From Malacoraja senta (lineage: Eukaryota), in NCBI GenBank assembly GCA_038087875.1, contig CM075977.1, positions 175,150,001 through 175,214,000 on the forward strand: a DNA stretch of 64,000 nt. The letters run 5' to 3'. Shown piece by piece: positions 12,831 to 25,071 of the stretch. The notes beneath the pieces are model-generated. The model had not been told where the DNA came from. It searched no databases and worked only from the letters and a program-made list of their open reading frames with translations. Made by a program: the position numbers and the translations under genes. Numbering within the stretch: the stretch's first letter is position 1; the number at the start of each line of letters is the position of its first letter.

Positions 12831-13220
12831 TGATATAAAAATTAATTCCTATAGTTATCGGGGACTGTACCTTTAAGAATAATGTATCGGCAAGCAGATG
12901 CTTGCTTGTAGACTTCTATCTTGGGATGACATTATGTGCTGACTGTGGTTTTGTACTTTGCACACCTGCGTGATGAGATTAAGTTGTGGTCAATACCTGC
13001 ATGATGAGATTAAGTTGTGGTCGATACCTGTGTGATGAGATTAAGTTGTGGTCGATACGTCCTTGTTTACTCCATTGTATAAAGGAATGAGTGGGGCGCT
13101 GCTGCGGCAGAGAGAGACTCGTTCAGACTCCTGTACTCTGTGCGATCCTCTCTCATGTATTAAAATTCAGTTGGATCTAAATTGCTGTGACTGTCGTTTG
13201 TTGGGAAAATATTTCTAACA
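12831..13220 (+). mobile_element. LTR (390 bp) of an endogenous retrovirus or LTR retrotransposon
   Basis: TG...CA ends, TATA-like tataaaa near 13078, attaaa near 13159, tandem enhancer-like repeats, directly followed by a PBS. Confidence 0.85.
12964..13056 (+). repeat. 3 x 31-bp tandem repeat in LTR U3
   Basis: acctgcgtgatgagattaagttgtggtcgat, three near-identical contiguous copies. Confidence 0.95.
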
Positions 13221-13224
13221 TAAT

Positions 13225-13242
13225 TGGCGCCCAACGAGGGGC
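13225..13242 (+). promoter_or_regulatory. Primer-binding site complementary to tRNA-Lys1,2
   Basis: TGGCGCCCAACGAGGGGC, one mismatch from TGGCGCCCAACGTGGGGC, 4 nt after the LTR-terminal CA. Confidence 0.88.
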
Positions 13243-13794
13243 CCCCAATATCTCTGTTGCCTTCTTCCAATAAACCAAGAGCGCTCACTTTAAGGATTTA
13301 CGGAAGGTGGAAACAGAGTGACGGGGTCCAATCGACACGACCGAGATAAAACTGAATGTTCCGCAGGAAGGGCCCCCCCGGGTTAAGTAATTTGATTTTG
13401 TCAAACCGTTTGATTTCCCGCTGACCTGTGTAGGACCCGGCAGGGAAAAAGAAATTGTCTGGGACAAAATTCGGAGAGTAGTGCGACTACTTCTCCAAAC
13501 GGCGCGGCCATAAGACAGAAGTCTGGGACTTCCAAAGTCGAGTGAGTCGAGTGTGACTTGACCACAGGAAGCTGTAAGTACTAACGTGAAGGTGGGGAGT
13601 ATGGGTTCGACAAACTAAAAAAATTACGGTTAAACAGTGTTGAATATGAACAAGCCTTGCGAAGTATGTTCGGTTTTGATTGGTGTTTAATAGAAGGGGA
13701 TTGGAACTCCCATAACGAGGCAGGATTGCATTTCGAATGGGAACCTGTTAAGGTAAGACCTCCCTGGTGGAATAAAACTGGGTGAAAAAAAGGT

Positions 13795-14067
13795 CTTATC
13801 TTCCACTACCTGCAACCTCCGGCAACCACCTTAAACTAGCATCGCAACCGGCTTCGACTAAAAAATTACCGCTTTTTAAAACGGCAACCACGAAGTCGCG
13901 GCCGGTTTTGAATTTTTTGAAATAATCGCCAGAATATAGAAGAAGCGGAAACCACTTTCAACCATTAGGGAGACTGACAAAAACCTCCGGGAACCGCACG
14001 GAAACCTTGGGTGGGGCACAAAGTCTCCAGAGGTTTCTGTTCAGGTTTCCTAAGTGGGACAGGGGCA
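13795..14067. mobile_element. Right half of a MITE with a GTGGGACAGGGGC terminus, nested in Tc1
   Basis: Terminal motif shared with about 45935-45948 and 63928-63942. Confidence 0.7.
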
Positions 14068-14556
14068 TTACAGTTTCATTCTTGTTTCTCAGTCTCATAA
14101 TGGCTTTTTTGACTTTCATTGGCACAACTTTGGTCCTCATGTTGATGAACAGCAATAAAAGTTTCCAAAGGTGATGGAAAGACTGGAGGAAAGACTAAGT
14201 ACTGAGTGCTTTCTTATACCTGCCTTAAGGAGGCAATTAAACACACCTGAGCAATTAGAAATGCCTGTGAAGCCATGTGTCCCAAATATTATGGTGCCCT
14301 GAAATGGTGGGACTATGTATAAACACAGCTGTAATTTCTACATGGTGAAACCAAAAGGCATAGAAATGGCCTTTAATAAAATCTGACAATGTGTACTTTA
14401 ACCACGTGTGATTTTTTGTGGAGTACAGAGGCAAATAAATAAATGATGGGTCTTTGTCCCAAACATTATGGAGGGCACTTTACATTTCAGCATTGATTTT
14501 TTAGATTTTACAAAGTACTTTGTCTATCTCTTTCCCATGCTTTGGAATTTACATAC

Positions 14557-14667
14557 CCGAGGTCTGGTTATTAAACTCTGCACCACAAACACCACAGGAT
14601 TGCCTGCTTTCCGAATGGCTTCAACTGCCTGTTCATGACTTGCATCACGCAAGTCAACTGCATCTAC
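14557..14667 (-). CDS. MPDZ: MPDZ coding exon (end of PDZ7), 111 nt, phase 0-0
   Basis: tttttgcag|GTA ... CGG|gtatgt; [37 protein letters not shown]. Confidence 0.96.
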
Positions 14668-15487
14668 CTGCAAAAATATATACAATATATATTAAAATAA
14701 ATCCTGCACTAAAAACTTACAGAATATCATGGATCCCAAGATCATCATGCTTTCAATTTAGGCTTAATTTATTGTCGATATATTCTCTTTTCAAGCACCT
14801 AACTCAATTATTTACAATTATACAGAATCAGTGGCTTCAGACATCTTAACTCACATGGAAAATCTTCAGGTGTATAATATTAAAGGGTGGCTGTGACAAG
14901 CTAAGCAACTTTGGGAAAGAGGGGATGCTGCTTCTGAACTTGAATTTACACTCTTAGGATTATAGTCAATATCAGAAAAAACCCATCAGAATTGAAGTTA
15001 TGTGCCCCTCAGACTTACATCAGTTCTATTTGTCAAAGGTATAGTATAAATGTGAAATTATGTGCTTAGTAAACTTCAATAGTAGGTATTTTTTGCAAAT
15101 TGAATTCAAAGCTGGTGTGTTTAATGGTGATGTTTAGTTTATCGCATACTGGTATTTCACCATTTTTTGATGAGCACCTCAGAGTATAGGAATTTGGAAA
15201 TTACTGAACACTTTCCCCAAACAGAGCCATCATAAATTTTAGTTTTTATTTTGTTTTATTAGAACTTACTGATGTTGGAAGCAATGCATTTCATTATTTC
15301 CATTGACATTTTCCTTTCATTTCTAAAACCTTGGGAGTCATATATTAGTTTTAGTTCTCAGCCCGTGTCCCTGACCGAGCTCCATTACACGTACTTAAAT
15401 TTTAACAACACAGTACTATATATTGAAATATCAACTTGACTGAATAGAATGGGTATATATTTTAATCCATAGATATAAAACACATAC

Positions 15488-15665
15488 CTCAACAATTCTG
15501 TCTCCAGTCTTTAAAGTTCCATTTCTTCCAGCCGGGCTGTCTTCCAGAATATGTTTAATGAATATTCCTCTCATGACCTCTCCATTACTCAGGCGACTAC
15601 CCATTCCTCTTCCACCAACAATGCTAATTCCTAAGGACTTTCCAGGCTCACGCCAGAGCTCCACA
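15488..15665 (-). CDS. MPDZ: MPDZ coding exon (PDZ7), 178 nt, phase 2-0
   Basis: ctttag|T ... GAG|gtatgt; [59 protein letters not shown]. Confidence 0.97.
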
Positions 15666-17335
15666 CTAAAGTTCAGAACAAAATAAGTATTTCCTTGAGG
15701 TTATTCAGAGCAGAACAACAAAAACAAGTCATTAAAAGTTGGGAAGAAATTTTAACAAACACTAGAATTTCTGTACAATAACAAATTGGTACAGACATTG
15801 GAAAGCTGAATTAAATCTAAATCTGCATTCTTATCAAAACCAATTAGTTAACAGAAAGAATACAATGCATATGGGGCAGAAAATGGAGGCCCAGAAAGTA
15901 AAGGTCTTTTATATGGTTGTTGGAGGCAAATAAGGAAAACTCAAAAGTGTGGTGGTAATAAGAAATTTGTGTTCATGCCATGATTTATACAGAGTGCACA
16001 TCAATACTCTAATTCCTGTGGCTAATCATTTCCCAAAGAACTCCAGTCAACTAAGTATTGGTAGCTCGGGCACCCTGCTTTTTTCTAAAGGAATATTAGG
16101 TTAGGGATTCAGGCAGACAACAAATAAACTTATATAGATAAAACTAGCATTTGAAAGCCTATAGGAACACTTTAGCAATTCCAACAATGGCAAAAAAGAA
16201 CCCCAAATTTAAATTTTCTGCTGCATTACAGAAATTATAGATTAAAATTAAATGGTAAACATTAGTTAATGAATAATGTCAAGCTCCTAATATAATTGAA
16301 AACTGAGCTTTATACACAAAGTGCAGTGGAAAAGTGAGGAGACTATTATTATAAAATAATCTACATTTTTGATGAAAAGGTAAATGACAACATTTATTAA
16401 AGAAACAGGACATCTTAAAATTGATCTACTTTTATGCATTTTAGGGCCTACATCAACAATTCTTCTGTAATGAGGACTCTCTTAAAGACACCACTATTCA
16501 CTTTCCTGAGTTCCCTCAATTTAAGTTATATGTTGGTTACACTCAAAGTACAAATGTCAGTTGGTCCAGATAGAAAGGATCCAAGATTGTTGAGAGATTG
16601 TGGAGACTGCTCAAATCTCCTTGGAGTGGGGATTAAAGACATTGCAACTGTCAAATGGACAGAGGCACAGAATGAATCAGCACATTGTAGTCAGCCTACT
16701 GTAGGGAAGAACCTTTTTACAGACATTACATCAAGATAAAATATATTGTCAGTTAAAAAAAACATACTTAACAAATAATAGCTGTCATGGATATGTTACT
16801 TAAATTATGCTTGACAAACTCGAATGAGACTTTTAATGCACTAATGGATAAAGGTAATGATTAATGTTGTACATGTGAATGTTCCCTAGGTATTTGATAA
16901 AATATTTAATCCCATCAGAAGAAAGCTATTTGCCACTTCATGTCAATAACAATAACTGGCAGTTTTCCAAATGAGGATTAATTTTTCTGCGGCAATAATC
17001 ACTAGTAAATCTCCTACTACTGACATTAGAAAGTTGGTCTAAAGTTATCAGAATCAACCATCGCCCTTTTTATTGCAAGAGCAAACATCAGTAACACTCC
17101 AAATTTCTGACTCGCAAATTAACGGAGGACTGAAAAACACCAATTACATCTTCAGTCATCACCAAGCTCAACAATTTCAGAAGCACCCCCATCTGGGTAA
17201 AACTATACATTGGGAAGATTCTGCCTGACAGAATTACTTCAACCCACTGGCATTGTCATTTCTAGTGTTGGTAAATGTGCAAATTGGTGGCACAACCTTT
17301 TGCTCTACTACTGCTGGCTGTATCTATCACCACGT

Positions 17336-17540
17336 ATAGGAAAGAACTGCAGTTGCTGGTTTAAATCGAAGGTAGACACAAATGCTGGAGTAACTCAGCA
17401 GGACAGGCAGCATCTCTGGAGAGAATGAATGGGTGATATTTTGGGTCGAGACCATTCTTTAGTCTGAAGGGCATTGACCCGAAACGTCACCCATTCCTTC
17501 TCTCCAGAGATGCTGCCTGTCCCACTGAGTTACTCCAGCA
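17336..17540. mobile_element. Fold-back Penelope terminal-repeat mini-element
   Basis: About 80-bp inverted arms centred near 17461 plus an unpaired tail. Confidence 0.85.
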
Positions 17541-17587
17541 ATATCAATGCTCTTATGCAATGCTAGCCAAACAATAAATTTACATAC

Positions 17588-17674
17588 CGTCGAGCTTGTT
17601 TCCAGTTATTGTGTGATGAATTCTGAAGCTCACTCTCTTCTCCTTCACCTTCCTCTCTCTCGGGGAGTTCAGCA
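17588..17674 (-). CDS. MPDZ: MPDZ coding exon, 87 nt, phase 2-2
   Basis: ctttttag|T ... CG|gtatgt; AELPEREEGEGEESELQNSSHNNWKQAR, core identical to recalled human ELPEREEGEGEESELQN. Confidence 0.95.
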
Positions 17675-17894
17675 CTAAAAAGAAACATGAAATTTCTATT
17701 CAACAATTTGGAAGCAGTGACAAAATACCAGGCAAATTTGACATTTTTGTTTAGTTTATAAATATAGCATAGAAACAGGCACTTCGGCCTACCGAGTCCA
17801 TATCGACCATCAATCGGTGGAAGAAAGCTGGAAGAGAGGAAGGGCAGGACAAAGCCTTGCTGTCAATAGATTGATACAGGTGAAGAGTGTTTAT

Positions 17895-18113
17895 TGTGTA
17901 GGAAGGAACTACAGATGCTGTGTAAAACCGAAGATAGACACAAAAAGCAGGAGTAACTGAGCGGGACAAACAGCATCTCCGGATAGAGGAAATGGGTGAC
18001 ATTTTGGGTCGAGATCCTTCTTCAGACTGAAGGGTCTCGGCCCGAAATGTCACCCATTCCTTCTCTCCAGAGATGCTGTTTGTCCCGCTGTTACTCCAGC
18101 TTTTTGTGCCTAT
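17895..18113. mobile_element. Fold-back Penelope terminal-repeat mini-element
   Basis: About 90-bp inverted arms centred on cttcagactgaag (about 18026) plus an unpaired tail. Confidence 0.85.
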
Positions 18114-18601
18114 ATGAGGAAGATTTATTATTGGGCAGATGGTTGATCAGTTCAGGATACAAACCGCGACGTGTTTGCAGTACGAGGTGCTGGGATACCC
18201 AGATTGTTATCATTGTGCCGTGAGGCACAAATGAAGGAATAAGGTGCAGAATTTTGTATTTGCTTGACATAATAGCAAACATGTCTATTATAAGAAGACG
18301 GATTATACAAATGGTCAAGGGACAAGATGACTGAATGACTGCCCATTTCTGAACTGTAAACTAAAACAAACTTGTACTAATCAATATCAGCCTCCTCTAA
18401 ACATCAATTAAATCCCGAATGAACACATGTAATAGTAATAACAACAATTCTTACTGCAAACTAAAATTATTTCTGTATATAGTAAAATGAATATTAAAAA
18501 TTACAGTACTGATTCATCATTAGAGAACTACTAAAAATATCAAAATATATACGTTTAAAAATAAACTATGCCAAAAGACTAAAAGATGAACAAGATATTA
18601 C

Positions 18602-18706
18602 CTGACAGGCGGAAGAGATAAACTATCAATTGCAGTGATTTCATCAAGTTGTTGACTCATCATGGTCCTATATTTGACCAGATTTTCTGCAGGCACATAT
18701 GTAACA
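18602..18706 (-). CDS. MPDZ: MPDZ coding exon, 105 nt, phase 2-2
   Basis: ttgttgtag|T ... AG|gtaata; VTYVPAENLVKYRTMMSQQ..., compare recalled human ITYVPAEHLEEF. Confidence 0.92.
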
Positions 18707-19485
18707 CTACAACAAATGAGATCAAGAAAACATAAAAAAACTAAAACAATATGAAGGAATCCAATATTTTACTGTCCTTGTTTCACGCAAGTATAAAGTG
18801 TCATGAAGACAAACAACTAAGAGCTTTTTGAGTCTTCATTTTTAAATCTTACTTAGAACTCCAAACTAGTTCAGATCTTTGGCCGGCGGTTGGAAGAGTT
18901 CCTTTACTGAGTTAAAAGGATTTAAAGATGCTTTGAATTTACAAATTAAAAAATTGCAGTTTAGATGCCATTTAATTTATACGTACAGGTTCAAAGCAAT
19001 AACATGCAGATAGATGAAGAATATGTAGATGCCTTGGCTTATGAAGTCGGTAAAAGCAAATATTACTATACCATAATTTGAACAGATTGTTTTTATTATA
19101 AAAACCATCAGAAAACTCTCGTACCCATTTTACAAGTCAATTTTGTCGTCGCCACAAGTGATTTGCTCAAATTATAAGGATAAACCTTGTAATGAAGTTA
19201 TGTAACAAAACACAAATATTCTTTTTCAGGCACAATTCTTTTCATGACCTTTTATGCAGCATATTTCAAAAGAGTATGAAAATAACAATCAACCACCTGA
19301 ACTCATCCGTTCATAGGTGCAAAAGTTCAAAACAATAGCCCAGAATTTGTATTTATCAACGATTTTGCCCATCTACTGCTGACCTACAACAAAATCACAC
19401 TTACCTGAGTGGCTGTCCCAAGGCAACATGCTGGATGTTCCTGGGTATAGAGCTCTCCATTATGTGGACGAGACAGAATAACCCC

Positions 19486-21045
19486 AGGGCCAGATACGTT
19501 GCATCCCAGAGTACTTAAGGAAGTAGCCGCAGAAATAGTGGATGCATTAGCAAAACTCTTTAGATTCTGGAGTAGTTCCTGAGGACTGGAGGGTAGCTAA
19601 TGTAACCCCACTTTTTAAAAAGGGAGGGAGAGAGAAAATGGGGAATTACAGACCAGTTAGTATAACATCGGTGGTGGGGAAAATTCTGGAGTCAGTTATT
19701 AAAGATGGGATAGCAGCACATTTGGAAAGTGGTGAATTCATTGAACAAAGTCAGCATGGATTTATGAAAGGTAAATCATGTCTGACGAATCTTATAGAAT
19801 TTTTCGAGGATGTAACTAGTAGAGTGGATAAGGGAGAACCAGTGGATGTGTTATATCTGGACTTTCAGAAGGCTTTCGACAAGGTCCCACATAAGAGATT
19901 AGTATGCAAACTTAAAGCACACGGTATTGGGGGTTCAGTATTGATGTGGATAGAGAACTGGCTGGCAGATAGGAAGCAAAGAGTAGGAGTAAACAGGTCC
20001 TTTTCAGAATGGCAGGCGTTGACTAGTGGGGTACCGCAAGGCTCAGTGCTGGGACCTCAGCTATTTACAATATATATTAATGATCTGGATGAGGGAATTG
20101 AATGCAACATCTCCAAGTTTGCGGATGACACGAAGCTAGGGGGCAGTGTTAGCTGTGAGGAGGATGCTAGGAGGCTGCAAGGTGACTTGGATAGGTTGGG
20201 TGAGTGGGCAAATGCATGGCAGATGCAGTATAATGTGGATAAATGTGAGGTTATCCACTTTGGTGGCAAAAACAGGAAAGTAGACTATTATCTGAATGGT
20301 GGCCGATTAGGAAAAGGGGAGATGCAACGAGACCTGGGTGTCATGGTACACCAATCATTGAAAGTAGGCATGCAGGTGCAGCAGGCAGTGAAGAAAGCAA
20401 ATGATATGTTAGCATTCATAGCAAAAGGATTTGAGTATAAGAGCAGGGAGGTTCTACTGCAGTTGTACAGGGTCTTGGTGAGACCACACCTGGAATATTG
20501 CGTACAGTTTTGGTCTCCTAATCTGAGGAAAGACATTCTTGCCATAGAGGGAGTACAGAGAAGGTTCACCAGACTGATTCCTGGGATGGCAGGACTTTCA
20601 TATGAAGAAAGACTGGATAGACTCGGCTTGTACACGCTAGAATTTAGAAGATTGAGGGGGGATCTTATAGTAACGTACAAAATTCTTAAGGGGTTGGACA
20701 GGCTAGATGCAGGAAGATTATTCCCAATGTTGGGGAAGTCCAGAACTAGGGGTCACAGTTTAAGGATAAGAGGCAAGTCTTTTAGGACCGAGATGAGAAA
20801 ATCATTTTTTACACAGAGAGTGGTGAATCTGTGGAATTCTCTGCCACAGAAGGTAGTTGAGGCCAGTTCATTGGCTATATTTAAGAGGGAGTTAGATGTG
20901 GCCCTTGTGGCTAAAGGGATCAGGGGGTATGGAGAGAAGGCAGGTACAGGATACTGAGTTGGATGATCAGCCATGATCATATTGAATGGCGGTGCAGGCT
21001 CGAAGGGCCGAATGGCCTACTCCTGCACCTATTTTCTATGTTTCT
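19486..21045 (+). mobile_element. Young CR1 LINE, 5'-truncated, uninterrupted 439-aa RT ORF, 8-bp TSD
   Basis: NYRPVS, QHGF, FADDTK and C-terminal motifs; ataacccc at 19478-19485 and 21046-21053. Confidence 0.97.
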
Positions 21046-21562
21046 ATAACCCCTGCCCACAATATTACTGGAAATCTTCAACATCCAACTCGGTCACACC
21101 TGTCTCTATTCTAAGTCCACCTAGCATAGCTAGCACTAAGCTGTCTCAAATATTTTTTTTTCTGAATGGTTCTAACATGCAGAAAAACCCAAGAACATAC
21201 AGAAACCTAAAAACTTAAAGTCATTAAAAATTAAAACTTGAAATAGTTTAAAAAAACTGAAAGAATAAAAAAATTCACTAAAAATAAAACTTACTTTGGT
21301 CCCTCACAAACAAGTGCATTGCCCTCACCCCCATCCCTCCCCTCATTATGGCATGGTGGTGGACTCCACAGAATCTAAACACAGTGGGGGGAAAAACTGA
21401 TAGACATGCCTTGAAGTCCAAGACAGTCCTCATGCACAGAATTGCAGGTATCGTAAAAATCCGGGTCATTAAAATGTTCCATCTGCTAACGGGTAAACTT
21501 CATCCACTCTCTCCTCCCCACCCACAAGTCAGGTGACACATTCTGTAACTCATTCAGCCTAA

Positions 21563-21637
21563 GGGGCAGAACAGTCTCACAGTGGTAAAGTTACTGCCTT
21601 ACAGTGCCAGAGACCCGGGTTCGATCCCGACTACGGT
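21563..21637 (+). mobile_element. tRNA-derived SINE head fragment
   Basis: B-box ggttcgatcc and head sequence similar to 23721. Confidence 0.7.
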
Positions 21638-22390
21638 CCAGGTATAAATTAGAAATACAAGGCAGAACTAGTTTATAACCTTGATTATTATCGTGATAAA
21701 TAGGTAACAATGAAAATATGATTAGTTTCAAGAATACAAAATAAAATTTGAAATTTATCCAGATACACTTGAATTGTTATAATCTGTGAAGATAATGCTA
21801 CTTTTTTTATCGGCGATATACATTTGAAAATATAGAGATAAATACACAGAACCTCAGACTAAAAATTTAGTAAACCCCAGCAGTTGCAACTGTTTCTGGG
21901 TTCACTTAGTCACAAATCATCCTTTGCCTGAGAAATTAAGGTACAATGTTGCAAGGATCCATCACTGTTGGTTATTCTCAGAACCAACATATTTGATCAA
22001 CATTTCAAAAGCTATCTGCGCTGCTCTCAACCATTCACCAATCTTCAATTTACAGTGATGCCTACTACCAATAGACTCCAGCTCTGGATAATCCCCTCCC
22101 CCCACCTTTTTCTTCAAAGGCCCAGAACTAAGGATGTACGGTCCTAATCAAATCTCTGACCTCTTCTGTCCTACCCCTAAATCAACTACCTAGAATTGGC
22201 TCTTATCCCAGACTCTACACAGTGAGGAAGTTCTGAATCCAATGACCAGTAACTCCCAATTCCTTGGCTGCTATTGAAATTTGCAGTCCCAGATCCAGAA
22301 TTGAAACAATCATGGGCAACCCTTGTGATAATTATTTTGCAGGCAGATGAACGTCTAGATTATTGTTTAGGGTAGGAGTACTCTTATTGT

Positions 22391-23462
22391 AAAGAGTAGG
22401 AGTAAACGGGTCCTTTTCAGAATGGCAGGCAGTGACTAGTGGGGTACCGCAAGGCTCAGTGCTGGGACCCCAGCTATTTAAAATATATATTAATGATTTG
22501 GACAAGGGAATTGAATGCAACATCTCCAAGTTTGCAGATGACACGAAGCTGGGGGGCAGTGTTAGCTGTGAGGAGAATGCTAGGAGGCTGCAAGGTGACT
22601 TGGATAGGCTGGGTGAGTGGGCAAATGCATGGCAGATGCAGTATAATGTGGATAAATGTGAGGTTATCCACTTTGGTGGCAAAAACAGGAAAGTAGACTA
22701 TTATCTAAATGGTGGCCGATTAGGAAAAGGGGAGATGCAACGAGACCTGGGTGTCATGGTACACCAGTCATTGAAAGTAGGCATGCAGGTGCAGCAGGCA
22801 GTGAAGAAAGCGAATGGTATGTTAGCATTCATAGCAAAAGGATTTGAGTATAGGAGCAGGGAGGTTCTACTGCAGTTGTACAGGGTCTTGGTGAGACCAC
22901 ACCTAGAGTATTGCGTACAGTTTTGGTCTCCAAATCTGAGGAAAGACATTCTTGCCATAGAGGGAGTACAGAGAAGGTTCACCAGACTGATTCCTGGGAT
23001 GGCAGGACTTTCATATGAAGAAAGACTGGATAGACGCGGTTTGTACTCGCTAGAATTTAGAAGATTGAGGGGGGATCTTATAGAAACTTACAAAATTCTT
23101 AAGGGGTTGGACAGGCTAGATGCAGGAAGATTGTTCCTGATGTTGGGGAAGTCCAGGACAAGGGGTCACAGTTTAAGGATAAAGGGGAAATCCTTTAGGA
23201 CCGAGATGAGAAAAACATTTTTCACACAGAGAGTGGTGAATCTCTGGAACTCTCTGCCACAGAAGGTAGTTGAGGCCAGTTCATTGGCTATATTTAAGAG
23301 GGAGTTAGATGTGGCCCTTGTGGCTAAAGGGATCAGGGGGTATGGAGAGAAGGCAGGTACAGGATACTGAGTTGGATGATCAGCCATGATCATATTGAAT
23401 GGCAGTGCAGGCTCGAAGGGCCAAATGGCCTACTCCTGCACCTATTTTCTATGTTTCTATGT
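22391..23462 (+). mobile_element. Young CR1 LINE, 5'-truncated, same subfamily as 19486-21045
   Basis: 312-aa RT ORF nearly identical to the copy upstream; (tttctatg)n tail. Confidence 0.97.
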
Positions 23463-23720
23463 AATATTTGCCAAGTTTAACCGTGTAGGTCTTACAATAA
23501 AACATTTACCTTTCAAGCCTTGCTCTTCCATGGCATTTTTCGACTGAAATTGTATATAACTGACCAACTATAGTTCATTTCAGTTTTACTAAACTGACAA
23601 TGTTTTCTTGTGATTTCTAACCAACAATAATTATAAATACGGAATAATGTATACCAAAATCTAAATATGCGTATCTGTGATTTTTCCATTCATCTGATCA
23701 AAAGTACCATCATTTTTGTT

Positions 23721-24030
23721 GGGGTGGCAGAGTGGTGCAGCTGGTAGAGCTGCTGCCTCGCAGCGCCAGAGACCCAGGTTCAATCCTGACCTCGGTTACT
23801 GTCTGTGTGTAGTTTGCACGTTCTCTGTGACCATGAGTTTCCTCTCGCAGCCCAAAAATGTGTGGCTTTGTATGTTAATTGGCCTCTGTATTTTACTTCC
23901 AGTGTGTAGGGAGTGGAAATGAAGATGGGATAACATTGAAGTTGTGTGAATGGGTGATCAATGGTTAGCGTCGACTCGGTGGGCTGAAGGGCCTGTCATG
24001 CTGTATCTCTAAATCTCTAAATTCAACTAA
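23721..24030 (+). mobile_element. tRNA-derived SINE (HE1/V-SINE-like)
   Basis: A box tggtgcagctggtag, B box ggttcaatcc, central gtttgcacgttctc domain, CR1-like tail gggctgaagggcctg. Confidence 0.85.
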
Positions 24031-24134
24031 AATCAGCATAACTCTTGATTTCCTCTGACAAATCATTCAATTCAGCCCCTAATTAACACTCTTTTCCGAT
24101 GCTGTGTTCTTCACAGGTAAATTAAACACTGTGT

Positions 24135-24256
24135 GCCTCAGAGGCCGGTTCTCTGGATACTTTCAAGTACAGATTGGAGATGATCAGCCATGATCACATT
24201 GAATGGCGGTGCTTGCTCGAAGGGCCGAATGGCCTACTCCTGCGTGTATTGTCTCT
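24135..24256 (+). mobile_element. Deleted CR1 3' end
   Basis: Matches pieces of 28243-28428. Confidence 0.8.
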
Positions 24257-25071
24257 TACTGCCACAGTAATGCTGAGGAGTATTTAAGTCTCAGAGCAGT
24301 AGCATCAAATTGAAACTGAAAATAACAATGAGTTAGAAACTTGTGAATATTTGCTGTGAATTTAGGGCATGTAAATGATACGGGGTGTAAATATAAGATG
24401 ATTATAATGGGTATACAAGGGCATAAGTGCTAAAATGAATTAGGGAAATGAAAATAGTATTTCTTTGAGCTCTGGAATGGGGATGAACAGAAGCGTGCGA
24501 TAGCAGGTACTTTGAAACACATAGAACTTACACAATAATAACCCATGATGTTAGAGTCCATGTTCCATAATATTCCAGCAGCTTAATTATTTAAGATGTA
24601 CACTTTATATATTGCTAGATCTCCAATTTATTTATCTGGTTAATGGTGCGACTATTTGGCACATACAAAGTGCATTTCTGTGCTTTTTTGTTTTTTGTAA
24701 GTCAAGCTTATGACTCTAACCAAAAATATATATTCTTGATTCAATAATAATTACAGAATCTAAAGCAATAATTGCAAACATATGCTTCTAACAATCATAG
24801 AAGGGTTACAAAACAGGAGGCAGGCATTTGCCCCATCATACATAGAACAGTACAGTATTGGAACAGGCCCTTCACCCCACCATGTATGTGTTGACCATAA
24901 TGCCAATTTAATCTAATCTCATTTACCTGCATGTACTCTGTCTGTTCATGTATGCAGTCAATACATTCCAGATTCCAACATATGACGGGTTAAGAAAAAC
25001 ATGTTTCTCCAGGCCACTCTTAATTTTCTTCTCTTATTTTACTGTGCCATTACTTTTCCATCAGAGAGATC

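Larger units (their letters stand above)
12243..14480 (-). mobile_element. Tc1/mariner transposon of IR/DR type, with internal deletion and nested insertions
   Basis: TA|CAGTGCCCTCCATAATGTTTGGGAC ... GTCCCAAACATTATGGAGGGCACTT|TA; long TIRs with an inner direct repeat (about 12446-12468 and 14277-14300); transposase pieces QSPDLNPIEH and MRTKVVPMKVKKAIMRL. Confidence 0.93.

Noticed and set aside
12964-13056. 31-bp repeats as a CRISPR-like array
   Set aside because: Contiguous with no spacers, and inside a eukaryotic LTR U3 region
21295-21374. 80-nt exon-like segment on the minus strand with a good acceptor and a gtaagt donor
   Set aside because: Length is not a multiple of 3, so it cannot be a simple coding cassette in this phase-2 intron; no homology. 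It could only be a UTR or poison exon, which is unsupported
23721-23800. tRNA gene
   Set aside because: A and B boxes belong to a SINE head; no cloverleaf; homologous SINE bodies recur in the window
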